From Deinococcus radiodurans R1 = ATCC 13939 = DSM 20539 (lineage in GTDB: Bacteria > Deinococcota > Deinococci > Deinococcales > Deinococcaceae): a stretch of 32,000 nt of DNA. The stretch is taken from assembly GCF_000008565.1 (NCBI RefSeq), contig NC_001263.1, positions 594,296 through 626,295 on the forward strand. Direction: 5' to 3'. Positions within the stretch are counted from its first letter, which is position 1, and every line of letters starts with the position of its first letter. The notes under the pieces were generated by a model that was not told the DNA's origin, ran no database searches, and saw nothing but the letters and a program-made list of their open reading frames with translations. Both the position numbers and the translations under genes were made by a program. This document shows positions 1 to 15,211 of this stretch, one piece after another.

Positions 1-188
1 AGCATGGCGCTCATGCGCGTCTCGGCGCTCTTGTTCAGCGTCTTGGACTCTTTGCCGTCCACCACGGCGTAGCCGTCGTAGCAGAGTTTGGCGCCGTCGT
101 TGAGGACGACAAGATTGTTTCCCGGCGTGCTGGCAGCGGCGAGGGACAGCAGGCTCATGAAGGCGAGGGGCAGCGCAAACTTTTTCAT
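1..188 (-). CDS. Exported protein, N-terminal part only (3' part lies beyond the left window edge)
   Basis: ATG at 188..186 is preceded by GGAGGA (reverse complement of 193-198). My hand translation, MKKFALPLAFMSLLSLAAASTPGNNLVVLNDG..., begins with a typical signal peptide. It is absent from the ORF track because the window edge truncates it. Confidence 0.5.
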   Translation of the reverse strand, partial: MKKFALPLAFMSLLSLAAASTPGNNLVVLNDGAKLCYDGYAVVDGKESKTLNKSAETRMSAM

Positions 189-316
189 GGGTTCCTCCGG
201 TGCGGCCCAGGATACCGTCTTTTCGTCGGCTCCCGGCCGGTGACGCGGTGAAGTCGGACCGAGCGTTCAGAAGACGTTCACGCCTTGTGCCCGGAGCGGC
301 ACCTACAATCCCAGGC

Positions 317-931
317 ATGACGAACCGTAAATCTTCGGGTGTGGGCACGGCTGTCCTCGTCACCGTGGCGACGGTCGGCGCGGCGGCGGGGGCGGCCCTG
401 CTCGCGCGGCGGCGCAAGGGTGACATCAAGGAGTTCGTGGTCGCCAACGTGCTGGAAAAACCCGCCGGGCGCTCCAGCTTCACCGACCTCGGCCAGAACC
501 TCGAGCGCGGCGGCACCTTTCTGACCGGGCGGGCCGAGCGCGCCGCCGACACCCCGGAAAACCGTGAAGTGCTCGCCCACATCATCGGCATCGAGCGCTG
601 GGGCCAGAGCCGCATTCAGGTCGCCCTCGGCCAGCGCGAGTTCGTGCGCGACGAGTACCGCGGCTACCGCCCCGAGGGAGGTGCCACGCTGGGGCAACTG
701 CGTAGCCTGCTCTCGCAAACCCGCGCCCGCACGGTGGACCTCGCCCGGCAACTGCACTTCAACCCGCCCGACGACGACTTCGTGGTCGAGCACAACGGCC
801 TGGGGCCACTGACCGCCAAAGGCTGGCTGCGTTACCTCAACCAGCACGCCGACCTCGAAAGCCGCAAGCTGCGCGGCGCCGGGGGCACGGCAGTCCACGA
901 GGAAGAGACGCAGCAGGCGCCAGCTTCCTGA
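317..931 (+). CDS. Hypothetical membrane-anchored protein (possibly a DinB-like helical bundle; weak)
   Basis: Lies in track ORF 200..931. ATG 317 gives MTNRKSSGVGTAVLVTVATVGAAAGAALLARRRKG, an N-terminal TM helix followed by a positive patch. GTG 200 would overlap the divergent gene's SD. No firm family motif. The His/Asp spacing (AHIIGIE ... NQHADLE) only hints at a DinB fold. Confidence 0.5.
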   Translation: MTNRKSSGVGTAVLVTVATVGAAAGAALLARRRKGDIKEFVVANVLEKPAGRSSFTDLGQNLERGGTFLTGRAERAADTPENREVLAHIIGIERWGQSRIQVALGQREFVRDEYRGYRPEGGATLGQLRSLLSQTRARTVDLARQLHFNPPDDDFVVEHNGLGPLTAKGWLRYLNQHADLESRKLRGAGGTAVHEEETQQAPAS

Positions 932-946
932 GCGAGAGGGCGCCTC

Positions 947-981
947 AAAAAGGGGAGGGAACCGGTTGTGGCTCCCTCCCC
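947..981 (-). terminator. Intrinsic terminator downstream of ftsH
   Basis: GGGGAGGGA (952-960) pairs with TCCCTCCCC (973-981) across a 12-nt loop. On the minus strand the hairpin is followed by TTTTT (reverse complement of 947-951). It starts 13 nt after the ftsH stop. Confidence 0.6.
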
Positions 982-993
982 ACCCGTTATCGC

Positions 994-2850
<1,857 letters not shown>

Positions 2851-3020
2851 CGCCCGCTCTCCGCCCCGTAGGTCATGCCTCCAGTCTACGGCGGCGCCCG
2901 GAAACGCAGTGCAGTCAGAGCAGCAAATGGCAGGCGCCTGCGCTCAGGGGCGTCCCCCGCCCCCTCCCTCCGGTCGGATTTCATCCTGCTTTCAGCGGGG
3001 TTCAATCGCAAGCCGTCTCA

Positions 3021-3155
3021 TACGGTTTTAATCCGATTCCCGAATATCCGGAAGAGGCGCCGGATGCTCGTCCATCTCCTTAGAACCGTATTTTTTTCCA
3101 TGCGCTCCGCGCAAAATTGCGCCCGGAGATGTCCGGGACTCAATTTGAAACCGTC
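3021..3155 (+). mobile_element. MITE-like small noncoding repeat, copy A (about 135 bp)
   Basis: About 90% identical by eye to 25660-25792, and to the reverse complement of 26780-26913. Terminal inverted repeats TACGGTTTYAA / TTRAAACCGTA. Internal palindromes ATCCGG..CCGGAT, GCGCAAAATTGCGC and CCCGGA..TCCGGG. Flanked by TCA (3018-3020) and TCA (3156-3158). Confidence 0.85.
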
Positions 3156-4052
3156 TCAGAACACCACCGTCTTGTTTCCGTACACCAGCACCCGGTCTTC
3201 CACGTGCGCTTTGACGGCGCGGGCGAGCACCTGCCGCTCCACGTCGCGGCCCATCCGCATCAGGGTGTCGGGGGTTTCGCGGTGGGTGACCGGAATCACG
3301 TCCTGGGCGATAATCGGCCCGGCGTCGAGTTCCTCGGTCACGTAGTGGCTGGTCGCGCCGATGAGTTTCACGCCCCGGTTGAACGCGGCGCGGTAGGGGT
3401 TGGCGCCGATGAACGCGGGCAGGAATGAGTGGTGGATGTTGATGACCGGGCGCCCGAAGCCGCGCAGAAAGTCGCTGCTCAGAATCTGCATGTAGCGGGC
3501 GAGCACCGCGAAGTCGGCCCCCGCCTCGTGCATCAGCCGAACCTGCTCGGCCTCGGCCTCGGCCTTGTTGGCCTTCGTCACGGGAATGACGTGAAAGGGA
3601 ATGCCGAACATCTCCGCGTCGCGGCGCAGGTCCTCGTGGTTGGACAGAATCAGCGGAATCTCCACGTTCAGTTCGCCCCGGCGCCGGCGCCACAGCAGGT
3701 CGAGAAAACAGTGGTCGTAGCGGCTGACGAGCACCGCCATCTTCTTGGGCTGCGAGGCGAGGTTCAGCCGCCAGTCCATGCCCAGGGGCCGCGCCACCAC
3801 CTGCTCAAAGGCGCGCTCGAACGCCTCGCGGGTCAGGTCGAGGCCGCCCAGGAAAAACTCCATTCGCATGAAAAACTGCCCGCCCGCCGGGTCGGTGCTG
3901 TGCTGGTCGCTGTGGATGATGTTGGCGCCGTGGTTGTGCAGAAACTGCGACACGGCGGCCACGATGCCCGGCTGGTCGGCGCAGGAAATGGTGAGGGTCG
4001 CGGTCTGCGAGAGGTCGGGCAACTCCGGAAGCGCGGCGTCGGGCGTCGTCAT
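3156..4052 (-). CDS. purU: Formyltetrahydrofolate deformylase
   Basis: 298 aa. An N-terminal ACT-like domain precedes a formyltransferase core with [14 protein letters not shown] and [20 protein letters not shown]. Confidence 0.92.
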   Translation of the reverse strand: MTTPDAALPELPDLSQTATLTISCADQPGIVAAVSQFLHNHGANIIHSDQHSTDPAGGQFFMRMEFFLGGLDLTREAFERAFEQVVARPLGMDWRLNLASQPKKMAVLVSRYDHCFLDLLWRRRRGELNVEIPLILSNHEDLRRDAEMFGIPFHVIPVTKANKAEAEAEQVRLMHEAGADFAVLARYMQILSSDFLRGFGRPVINIHHSFLPAFIGANPYRAAFNRGVKLIGATSHYVTEELDAGPIIAQDVIPVTHRETPDTLMRMGRDVERQVLARAVKAHVEDRVLVYGNKTVVF

Positions 4053-4115
4053 CCGGCCAGGATACCGGAGCGGCCCCCCGGCACCGGGCGGTGCGGGGCG
4101 AGAGGGACGCCGGAC

Positions 4116-5258
4116 ATGGCCTCATGCCGTACCCTCAGCCTCATGACCTCCACTTCCATGGCTTCGCTGCTCGCCTACGACCCCGAACGCCACGCCGAAC
4201 TGCTCGCGCACTACTGCCTCTCCGCTCAGCCCGGCGAGCGGCTGCTGGTGGGCGCGAGCACCGCCGCCGCGCCCCTGGTGGCCGCCACCAGCCGCGCCCT
4301 GCTGCGGGCCGGAGCGCGTCCCGCCGTGCGCCTGAGCTATCCGGGGCAGGACGAGGACTTCGCGGCGCTGGCCGCCGACGCCGTACTCGACGAGGTGCCG
4401 CAGGGCGAACTCGACGACATGCGCGGCATGGACGGCTCGCTGCGCATCCTGACGCCGGAAGCGGCCCAGCCCGCCGACGCGGCCCGCGCGGCCCGGCTGC
4501 TTGCCTCGCGCGCCGAACTCGCCGCCCTGCGCTCGCAGAAAAAGTGGAGCCTGACCCTCTACCCGACCCCGCACGCCGCCGCGCAAGCGGGCATGACGCT
4601 CGCCGAGTTCGAGGATTTCGTCATGCGGGCGATGTTTCTGGACCGCCCCGACCCGGTGGCCGCCTGGGGCGAGGTGCGCGAGTTGCAGGCCCGGCTCATC
4701 GAGCGCCTGTCGCGCGCCGACGTGGTCCGCATCGAGGCGCCCGGCACCGACCTGACGCTGCGGGTGGGGGGGCGCATTTGGTCGAACAGCGACGGCAAAC
4801 GCAACATGCCGAGCGGCGAGGTCTTCACCGGCCCGCTCGAAGACAGCGCCGAGGGCGTCGTTACCTTCACCGTGCCCGCCTCCTACCAGGGACAGACGGT
4901 GCGCGGCGCCCGGCTGGTCTTCCGTGCCGGGCAGGTGGTGGAAGCGAGCGCCGAGGAAGGCGAGGCGGTGCTGCACGCTGCCCTGGACACCGACCCCGGC
5001 GCCCGGCGACTCGGCGAGCTCGGCATCGGCACCAATTTCGGCATTCAGCGCGGCATCGGCAACATTCTCTTCGACGAGAAAATCGGCGGCACGGTCCACC
5101 TCGCCATCGGCAAGAGCTACCCCGAAACCGGCGGCCTGAACCGCAGCGCCGTGCACTGGGACCTCATCACCGATCTGCGGGCCGCGTCTGGGGCTGGGGG
5201 CGGGCGGCTGCTGCTCGACGGCGAGGTGTGGCAAGAAGGGGGGCGCTTCCTGTCCTGA
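4116..5258 (+). CDS. Aminopeptidase, M29 family (AmpS/PepS/aminopeptidase T-like)
   Basis: C-terminal part of track ORF 3429..5258. Motifs: [49 protein letters not shown]. The start is uncertain: ATG 4116 has GAGAGGGA upstream, and in-frame alternatives exist at ATG 4143 and 4158. Confidence 0.82.
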   Translation: MASCRTLSLMTSTSMASLLAYDPERHAELLAHYCLSAQPGERLLVGASTAAAPLVAATSRALLRAGARPAVRLSYPGQDEDFAALAADAVLDEVPQGELDDMRGMDGSLRILTPEAAQPADAARAARLLASRAELAALRSQKKWSLTLYPTPHAAAQAGMTLAEFEDFVMRAMFLDRPDPVAAWGEVRELQARLIERLSRADVVRIEAPGTDLTLRVGGRIWSNSDGKRNMPSGEVFTGPLEDSAEGVVTFTVPASYQGQTVRGARLVFRAGQVVEASAEEGEAVLHAALDTDPGARRLGELGIGTNFGIQRGIGNILFDEKIGGTVHLAIGKSYPETGGLNRSAVHWDLITDLRAASGAGGGRLLLDGEVWQEGGRFLS

Positions 5259-5305
5259 AGTCGGCTGCACCTTTGGGCGGGGGTGCGCGGCCTATCCTCG
5301 GAGCC

Positions 5306-5647
5306 ATGACCCGCCCGACCATCCCACCCGGCCCGCCCGGCGCCGAGGGCCGCACCCAGACGCTGGAACGCACCGAGACCAAAAAACCGAGGCTGTGGCG
5401 CGTGCTGCTGCTCAACGACGACTACACCCCGATGGACTACGTGGTGCAAGTCCTTGAGCAGTTTTTCCGCAAGACCGAGCAGGAAGCTGAACTCATCATG
5501 CTCGCCGTTCACCACAAGGGGCAGGGTGTGGCGGGCGTGTATACCCGCGACGTGGCCGAAACGAAGGTCGCGCAGGTGACGGCCCACGCCCAGCGTGAGG
5601 GGCACCCGCTGCGGGTGGTGGCCGAGCCGGAGAGCGAAGGGGAGTGA
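5306..5647 (+). CDS. clpS: ATP-dependent Clp protease adaptor ClpS
   Basis: 113 aa from ATG 5306. Core sequence RVLLLNDDYTPMDYVVQVLEQFF...EAELIMLAVHHKGQGVAGVY matches the ClpS signature. Confidence 0.9.
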   Translation: MTRPTIPPGPPGAEGRTQTLERTETKKPRLWRVLLLNDDYTPMDYVVQVLEQFFRKTEQEAELIMLAVHHKGQGVAGVYTRDVAETKVAQVTAHAQREGHPLRVVAEPESEGE

Positions 5648-6564
5648 CCGTTCCCGACTTTCAGGCGTTCATGCGTCCGATGCTGGAGCAGATTTCCAGC
5701 GGTGAGCCGCAGAAAATAGCCGAGCTTTACCGGCGACTGGCCGAATTTTTTGCCCTGACGCCGCAGGACACCGAAGAACTGCTGCCGAGCGGCAAACAGG
5801 CCAAGTACCACAACCGCATTCTGTGGGCCAAGTTTCACCTGGACCGGGCGGGTGTCCTCACCACACCCAGTCGAGGCGTCGTACAAATCACGCCTCTGGG
5901 CCGCGAATTTCTGTCGCGTTATCCGGAACACATCGGGATGCGCGAGCTTCAGACCATTCCGGCTTACGCCGAGTTCACCCGCAGGAGCCGCTCACCGGCT
6001 CAGAGTCCTGCGCCCGCCGCACCGCCCCAGGCCGAATGTTCTGCCAGCGTGCCGCCTGCCGAGCAAATTGACGCTCTCTACGCCGAACTCACCGCCAACC
6101 TCGCCGAAGAATTGCTCGCGCAGGTCAAGGAGCTTTCGCCCGCGCAGTTCGAGCGGCTGGTGGTCGAGGTGCTGGTGGCGATGGGCTACGGCGGCAGCGT
6201 GCGCGACGCGGGGCAAGCACTCGGGCGCAGCGGCGACAACGGCATCGACGGCCTCATCAAGCAGGACCCGCTGGGCCTCGACCGCATCTACCTGCAAGCC
6301 AAGCGCTGGAAAAACACCGTCCACAGCCCCGAAATTCGCACCTTTTCGGGCAGCCTGACCTACCACAAGGCGACCAAGGGCGTGTTCATCACTACGTCCG
6401 GGTTCAGCGACGGGGCAAAGGCCACCGCCGGGCAAATCGGCAACATCATTTTGCTGGATGGTGAAACGCTCGCCCACCTGATGATCGAGTACGGCGTGGG
6501 CGTGCTGACCCGCGAGACCTACCAGATTCGCCGCTTAGACGCGGATTATTTCGAGGAGTTGTAA
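5644..6564 (+). CDS. mrr: Mrr-family type IV restriction endonuclease
   Basis: 306 aa. GTG 5644 overlaps the clpS TGA (GTGA). N-terminal Mrr_N-like region (VPDFQAFMRPMLEQI...). C-terminal PD-(D/E)xK-type core GDNGIDGLI ... RIYLQAKRW. Confidence 0.82.
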   Translation: MTVPDFQAFMRPMLEQISSGEPQKIAELYRRLAEFFALTPQDTEELLPSGKQAKYHNRILWAKFHLDRAGVLTTPSRGVVQITPLGREFLSRYPEHIGMRELQTIPAYAEFTRRSRSPAQSPAPAAPPQAECSASVPPAEQIDALYAELTANLAEELLAQVKELSPAQFERLVVEVLVAMGYGGSVRDAGQALGRSGDNGIDGLIKQDPLGLDRIYLQAKRWKNTVHSPEIRTFSGSLTYHKATKGVFITTSGFSDGAKATAGQIGNIILLDGETLAHLMIEYGVGVLTRETYQIRRLDADYFEEL

Positions 6565-6569
6565 GCCTG

Positions 6570-8795
<2,226 letters not shown>

Positions 8796-8834
8796 GTATT
8801 TGACGGCATGAGGTTTCGTCAGGGCTGGTCTGGA

Positions 8835-8940
8835 CGCCCCCTCACCCCTTGCTGCGCAAGGCCCTCTCTGCGATGCAGCTCTTCGAGTCCCGCAAGGGGC
8901 GAGGGTCAAAAATACGCGCTGTCTCTAAATGCTCTAAGAC
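8835..8940 (+). repeat. Small noncoding repeat, family 2, copy D
   Basis: 8835-8868 matches the reverse complement of 17544-17577 at 32 of 34 positions (hand count). The flanks are also similar (GAGGGTCAA...CATGCTCTA / AATGCTCTA). A long hairpin pairs CCCTCACCCCTTGC (8839-8852) with GCAAGGGGCGAGGG (8892-8905). Confidence 0.6.
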
Positions 8941-9332
8941 TGCGCCGCCAGTTGTGCGTTGACCCCCTCGGCAAAGGCGTGCAGGTCGGCCTCGCTGAAG
9001 CTTTTGAGGGCGTCCTGACCGTTCACTTTGATTTGACCAAAGCCGAAGCGGGGCGGCCCGGACACATACTCGAATTTCAGTTCGCCGTTCTCGACCCGCG
9101 CCGAGCGGACATTGCTCAGCGGCACCGCCGCGTGGTAGTTCAGCGCCCGCTCGCCCAGGTGCAGCGCGCCGCCCACCAAGCGGGCCAGCCAGCCGCCGCC
9201 CAGTTGCGCCCGCGCCTGCGCCATCTTCTGGGCCGCGTCGTCGTGGGTGGTCTGCGACAGGCCCATCACGATTTCGCCCGGGGTCAGGTGAAGTTCGGCC
9301 TCGCCCTGCGGGGTCGAGATGCTTTTCAGCAC
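8934..9332 (-). CDS. Hypothetical protein
   Basis: 132-aa ORF with a GTG start at 9332 immediately after an in-frame stop. Codon usage is GC3-rich like its neighbours. I recognise no motif. Confidence 0.45.
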   Translation of the reverse strand: MLKSISTPQGEAELHLTPGEIVMGLSQTTHDDAAQKMAQARAQLGGGWLARLVGGALHLGERALNYHAAVPLSNVRSARVENGELKFEYVSGPPRFGFGQIKVNGQDALKSFSEADLHAFAEGVNAQLAAQS

Positions 9333-9468
9333 AGTCTGGTTGTCGATGTGCCCTCAGCATAATGAAAAAGATGGAGGGGAGATGAAGCTGCGGACGGCTA
9401 GTCTGGGTTAACGAAATGTTGGGCTGCTCTTTGACCAGAAGGGCAAGGGAGGCGGGCTACCCTGACCC

Positions 9469-9774
9469 ATGTCTGCAACCGACCAGGGCGCCCTGCACGC
9501 CATCAAGTTTTATCAGCGCTGGATTTCGCCGCACAAAGGCTTTTGCTGCGCTTACGCGGCCCTGCACGGCGGCGAAAGCTGCTCGGCGGCAGTCGCCCGC
9601 ATCATCCGCGAGGACGGCCTGCGGGCCGGTCAACCACGTATCGCAGCCCGCTTTGCCGAGTGCCGGGAGGCACATACGGCGCTGCGCTCCGGCTCGCCGC
9701 TCGCCATCGGCACCGGAGGCGTGCGGGGCGTGTGCTGCTGTGGTCCGCTGCCGATTCCCTTCCGCTGCGGCTAA
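9469..9774 (+). CDS. YidD-like (DUF37) small protein with a Cys-rich tail
   Basis: 101 aa. The N-terminal AIKFYQRWISPHKGFCCAY...SCSA resembles the YidD/DUF37 core (FYQ..ISP....C....CS). The C-terminus reads GVCCCGPLPIPFRCG. Confidence 0.45.
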   Translation: MSATDQGALHAIKFYQRWISPHKGFCCAYAALHGGESCSAAVARIIREDGLRAGQPRIAARFAECREAHTALRSGSPLAIGTGGVRGVCCCGPLPIPFRCG

Positions 9775-9780
9775 GGCCCC

Positions 9781-10614
9781 TCAGCCCGCCGCGTAGATGG
9801 GATTCTCGAACTGAATTTCCAGTCCCAGCGCGAGGTCGGCGGCGAGTTCAGCGGGGGTGTCGCCCCAGCTTTCCAAACTGATGTCGCCGATCCCCCGCGC
9901 CCGTGCCTGCGCGCACACTCCCAGCAAGAGCGCTTGCCGCAGCGGCGTGTGCCGCAGGTCGGCCCGCACGCCGGGCGCATCTATGCGGATATAGCCTTCT
10001 TCGGCAGCGGCGCGGCAAATGCCCGCAGCACGGCCCTGAGCGTCGAGCGCAATCAGGCTCAGCGTGGAATCGTACCCCCCAGCCCCGTCCTCGGCGGCAG
10101 TGGGGGAGACGGCGTGGTGGCCGATGCGGTCCTCGTAGGTCGTCAGGGCGTCGAGCCGGATGGCAAGGTCGGGCACGTCGGCCAGCGGGCGCAGGGTGAA
10201 GCCCTCTAGCGTCGGCGGCCCCTCTTCCGGCGTCGGCCCGGCGAGCAGGCGGTAGGCGCCCACTTCCTGAAATCCAGCCTGGGCGAGAGCCTGGGCGGTA
10301 AACAGGCTGCCGTCGGCAAAGGCGTAGACCTGGCCCGCGTCCCGGTGAGCGGCCTTCGCCAGCGCGGTTTGCACGGCCTGCTCTTCCTCGGGTTCTGCCG
10401 CCAGCGCGCCGCCCATCAGTTCCAGGCCATGCGCGGGGCTGGGGCGCACTCCGGCGGCGCCGCGCACTGCGTTGTCCTCGTCCAGCACGGCCCAAGCGGC
10501 CTGAAGCGTATCGGCCAGCCAGGTCATTTCCTCTGCCGGGGCGCCGTACAGGGCGGCGAACACGGGAAGCAGGTCGGCAGGCGAGGCAGCAACGACGCGG
10601 AAGGGAGGGGTCAC
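9781..10614 (-). CDS. Probable two-domain GNAT-family acetyltransferase
   Basis: 277 aa. The C-terminal half carries GNAT motif-A-like LRQALLLGVCAQARARGIGDISLE. The overall two-lobe layout recalls MshD-like enzymes. The GTG start at 10614 overlaps the upstream stop (GTGA). Confidence 0.55.
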   Translation of the reverse strand: MTPPFRVVAASPADLLPVFAALYGAPAEEMTWLADTLQAAWAVLDEDNAVRGAAGVRPSPAHGLELMGGALAAEPEEEQAVQTALAKAAHRDAGQVYAFADGSLFTAQALAQAGFQEVGAYRLLAGPTPEEGPPTLEGFTLRPLADVPDLAIRLDALTTYEDRIGHHAVSPTAAEDGAGGYDSTLSLIALDAQGRAAGICRAAAEEGYIRIDAPGVRADLRHTPLRQALLLGVCAQARARGIGDISLESWGDTPAELAADLALGLEIQFENPIYAAG

Positions 10615-11015
10615 AGGGCCGCATTATTGCCGAAGACGATGAAGGTGGTGGCGGGGAGCCCGACCTCAAATTCCTCGGCGGCGTTCACGGCGGGCAAGCT
10701 GGGGGCAGGCAGGTCGAGCAGGTTCAGCGCCGAAGCCGCCAGCATCTTGAGCAGGCAATAGTCGGGGCCGACAGTCGTCTGCCGCGCCGCCAGTGTCTCA
10801 AAGTCCGGAGCCTGGGCCAGAAAAAGCTGACAGGCCAGCCGAAGCCGGTCAAATTCTTCCTCCATCGCCTGCCGCTGTGCGCCCTTCAGCGGCGGCAATC
10901 CCCCCACAGCCCGCCCACTGCGCCGGCAAAACTCCTGCCAGTCCTCGACACTCAGTTCGCCGCGCTGCAAGGCCTCGAAATGGCGCGTCCAGTCGTCTTT
11001 GTGAGGAATCGACAT
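10611..11015 (-). CDS. Hypothetical protein
   Basis: 134 aa from ATG 11015 (MSIPHKDDWTRHFEALQRGELSVEDWQEF...), in the 3' part of track ORF 10611..11720. Translationally coupled to the downstream GNAT gene. Confidence 0.5.
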   Translation of the reverse strand: MSIPHKDDWTRHFEALQRGELSVEDWQEFCRRSGRAVGGLPPLKGAQRQAMEEEFDRLRLACQLFLAQAPDFETLAARQTTVGPDYCLLKMLAASALNLLDLPAPSLPAVNAAEEFEVGLPATTFIVFGNNAAL

Positions 11016-11072
11016 GCTCAAGCATAGCTCTGGGGAAGGCGTTTCTTGAGCCCAGGCCGTTAGCCTGTCGCC

Positions 11073-11780
11073 ATGACAGAGTCCAGGCCCCGCACCGTCG
11101 TCTTGTTTCACGCCTACCCCCTCTCCGCCGATATGTGGCGCGAGCAGCGCGCGGCTCTGGAAGGCGCCGGGCTGACCGTCATCACGCCCAACCTGCCGGG
11201 CCTGGGCGGACGCGAGGGCACCATCGTTTCGCTGCCGCAGGCGGTGGAGGGCTTCCTGGCCGAGCTGCCGGACGGCCCGCTGAGCGTGGTCGGCCTGAGC
11301 ATGGGCGGTTACCTCGCCCAGGAATTGCTGCGGCAGGCGCCGGAGCGGGTGGGGCGGCTGGTCCTCGCCGACACCTCCTGTCGCGCCGACAGCCCCGAGC
11401 AGGCCGAGAGCCGTCGCCAGCAGGCGAGCCGGGTGGTCGAGGAGGGTCGCGACTTCATCATCGCCGCCGCGCGCGAGGAGCACTCGCACTCCACCTACAA
11501 AAAGATTCTGCCGATGATGGAAAGCGCCTCCCGCGAGGGCATCGCCGCCGCGCTGGGCGCAATGGCCGCCCGCGAGGAAGGCCGTACCACCCTGCAAGCC
11601 GCGCAGGTGCCGCTGCTGGTGCTCGTGGGCCGCGAGGACACCCTGACCCCAATCGAGGTGGCGCAGGAAATCGCCGATGCGGGGCGCGGCGAACTCGTCA
11701 TCCTGGACGGCGCGGCGCATCTGTCCAACCTGGACCAGCCCGAAGCCTTCAATGCCGAGCTGCTGAAGTTTCTGGCCTGA
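11073..11780 (+). CDS. Alpha/beta-fold hydrolase
   Basis: 235 aa. Nucleophile elbow GLSMGG, N-terminal VVLFHAYPLS, C-terminal GAAHLSNLDQPE (catalytic His region). Confidence 0.85.
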   Translation: MTESRPRTVVLFHAYPLSADMWREQRAALEGAGLTVITPNLPGLGGREGTIVSLPQAVEGFLAELPDGPLSVVGLSMGGYLAQELLRQAPERVGRLVLADTSCRADSPEQAESRRQQASRVVEEGRDFIIAAAREEHSHSTYKKILPMMESASREGIAAALGAMAAREEGRTTLQAAQVPLLVLVGREDTLTPIEVAQEIADAGRGELVILDGAAHLSNLDQPEAFNAELLKFLA

Positions 11781-11842
11781 CCTTCATAGGGCAAGGGACG
11801 GCCACCCCAGGAAACGCTGTGAGTGGCCGCCTCCTGCCCGTC

Positions 11843-13177
<1,335 letters not shown>

Positions 13178-13326
13178 GGGCCCACTGTACCGCCCGGTGC
13201 TGTTCACACGGGGTTCCTCGCCAAGTCGCTGAGCGGACAGGCACGGGCGGCCCCTCGCCAAACGGCGGGCGATGTGCTACACTCCCGCTTGCCTGTTCAG
13301 TCGTGTGCTGCACAGCTCAACCAGAT

Positions 13327-13417
<91 letters not shown>

Positions 13418-13427
13418 AAAGGAAGCT

Positions 13428-13460
13428 CCCCGTCCTGCCCAGCAGGCGGGGTTTTCTTTT
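13428..13460 (+). terminator. Intrinsic terminator after tRNA-Ser
   Basis: CCCCGTCCTGC / GCAGGCGGGG hairpin followed by TTTTCTTTT. Confidence 0.7.
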
Positions 13461-13505
13461 GTGGATTCCGTTTCACAGGTCAGCGGCGCTGCTATCGTGC
13501 AGCCG

Positions 13506-13895
13506 ATGACCCGGTTCGCTTGGACCCCTGAAACGATTCCCTGGCAGGAAACCGCGCCGGACGGCACCCGTTATGCGCTGCTGGAAGGCGTGCGGGAGGC
13601 AGGTACATTCACCTACGCCTTTTTCCTGCCCGCCGGATTCTGGGACGAGGCCCACTGGCACAGCACCGACGCGCGGGTGTTCGTGATGCAGGGTGAGCTG
13701 CGCCTCGGCTACGGCGACCGCCTCGACAAAGAAGCCGCGACCTCCTACCCCGCTGGGAGTGCCCTGCTGGTGCCTGCGGAACACCGCCACCATGACGGGG
13801 CCGAGGTCGATACCCTGATTCTGGGCGTGGCGAGTGGTTCCTGGTTCACGCGCTACGTGAATTCGGCGAACCAGGGGTCGGCGGGCACGGTCTGA
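13506..13895 (+). CDS. Cupin-domain protein
   Basis: 129 aa from ATG 13506 (GTG 13497 is also in frame). The two-motif cupin pattern is HWHSTDARVFVMQGEL ... GSALLVPAEHRHH. The upstream part of the track ORF is tRNA sequence. Confidence 0.7.
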   Translation: MTRFAWTPETIPWQETAPDGTRYALLEGVREAGTFTYAFFLPAGFWDEAHWHSTDARVFVMQGELRLGYGDRLDKEAATSYPAGSALLVPAEHRHHDGAEVDTLILGVASGSWFTRYVNSANQGSAGTV

Positions 13896-13909
13896 TACAG
13901 CTTCCGATT

Positions 13910-13979
13910 AGAGCAGTTCTCCGAATTACGCGTGCGTCGGAACGGCGCCGCCACCCGCTCCATTCTTCGTTCTGCTCCG
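13910..13979 (-). repeat. Small noncoding repeat, family 3, copy F
   Basis: The reverse complement matches 26646-26715 at 58 of 70 positions (hand count). This includes an identical 22-mer, GCGTAATTCGGAGAACTGCTCT. Confidence 0.65.
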
Positions 13980-14152
13980 TGTTTTGTACTCGCTTCGCTC
14001 GACAAAAAGCTGTGCCATCTTCTTGTCAAATGCTCTAAATCGCGTACTCCATCGATTGAAGTTGAATGAAGCGAGGAGAAAACAAACGGAATCTGTATGA
14101 CCCGGCCAGTTCCCAGGCAAAAGGCCAGGAAACATCTGTTACACGGACGGGT

Positions 14153-15154
<1,002 letters not shown>

Positions 15155-15211
15155 GGATGCATATTACGCTATTTGCGAAATCAAGGAAACAGCTTGGGTT
15201 GCCCTTCGTCC

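Noticed and set aside
200-316. GTG 200 as the start of the first plus-strand gene.
   Set aside because: It would start only 12 nt from the divergent gene's ATG, next to that gene's SD. It would also add an Arg-rich, non-coding-looking 39 residues. ATG 317 yields a clean TM-anchored N-terminus.
3429-4115. The N-terminal 229 codons of track ORF 3429..5258 as part of the aminopeptidase.
   Set aside because: This stretch is antisense to purU (3156..4052) and looks non-coding. M29 aminopeptidase similarity begins only after the Met cluster at 4116-4158.
9781-11015. A GNAT toxin / antitoxin pair (small upstream ORF overlapping a GNAT gene).
   Set aside because: The GNAT protein is 277 aa with two lobes, unlike TacT/AtaT-type toxins of about 170 aa. 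The upstream 134-aa protein shows no RHH or HTH antitoxin features.
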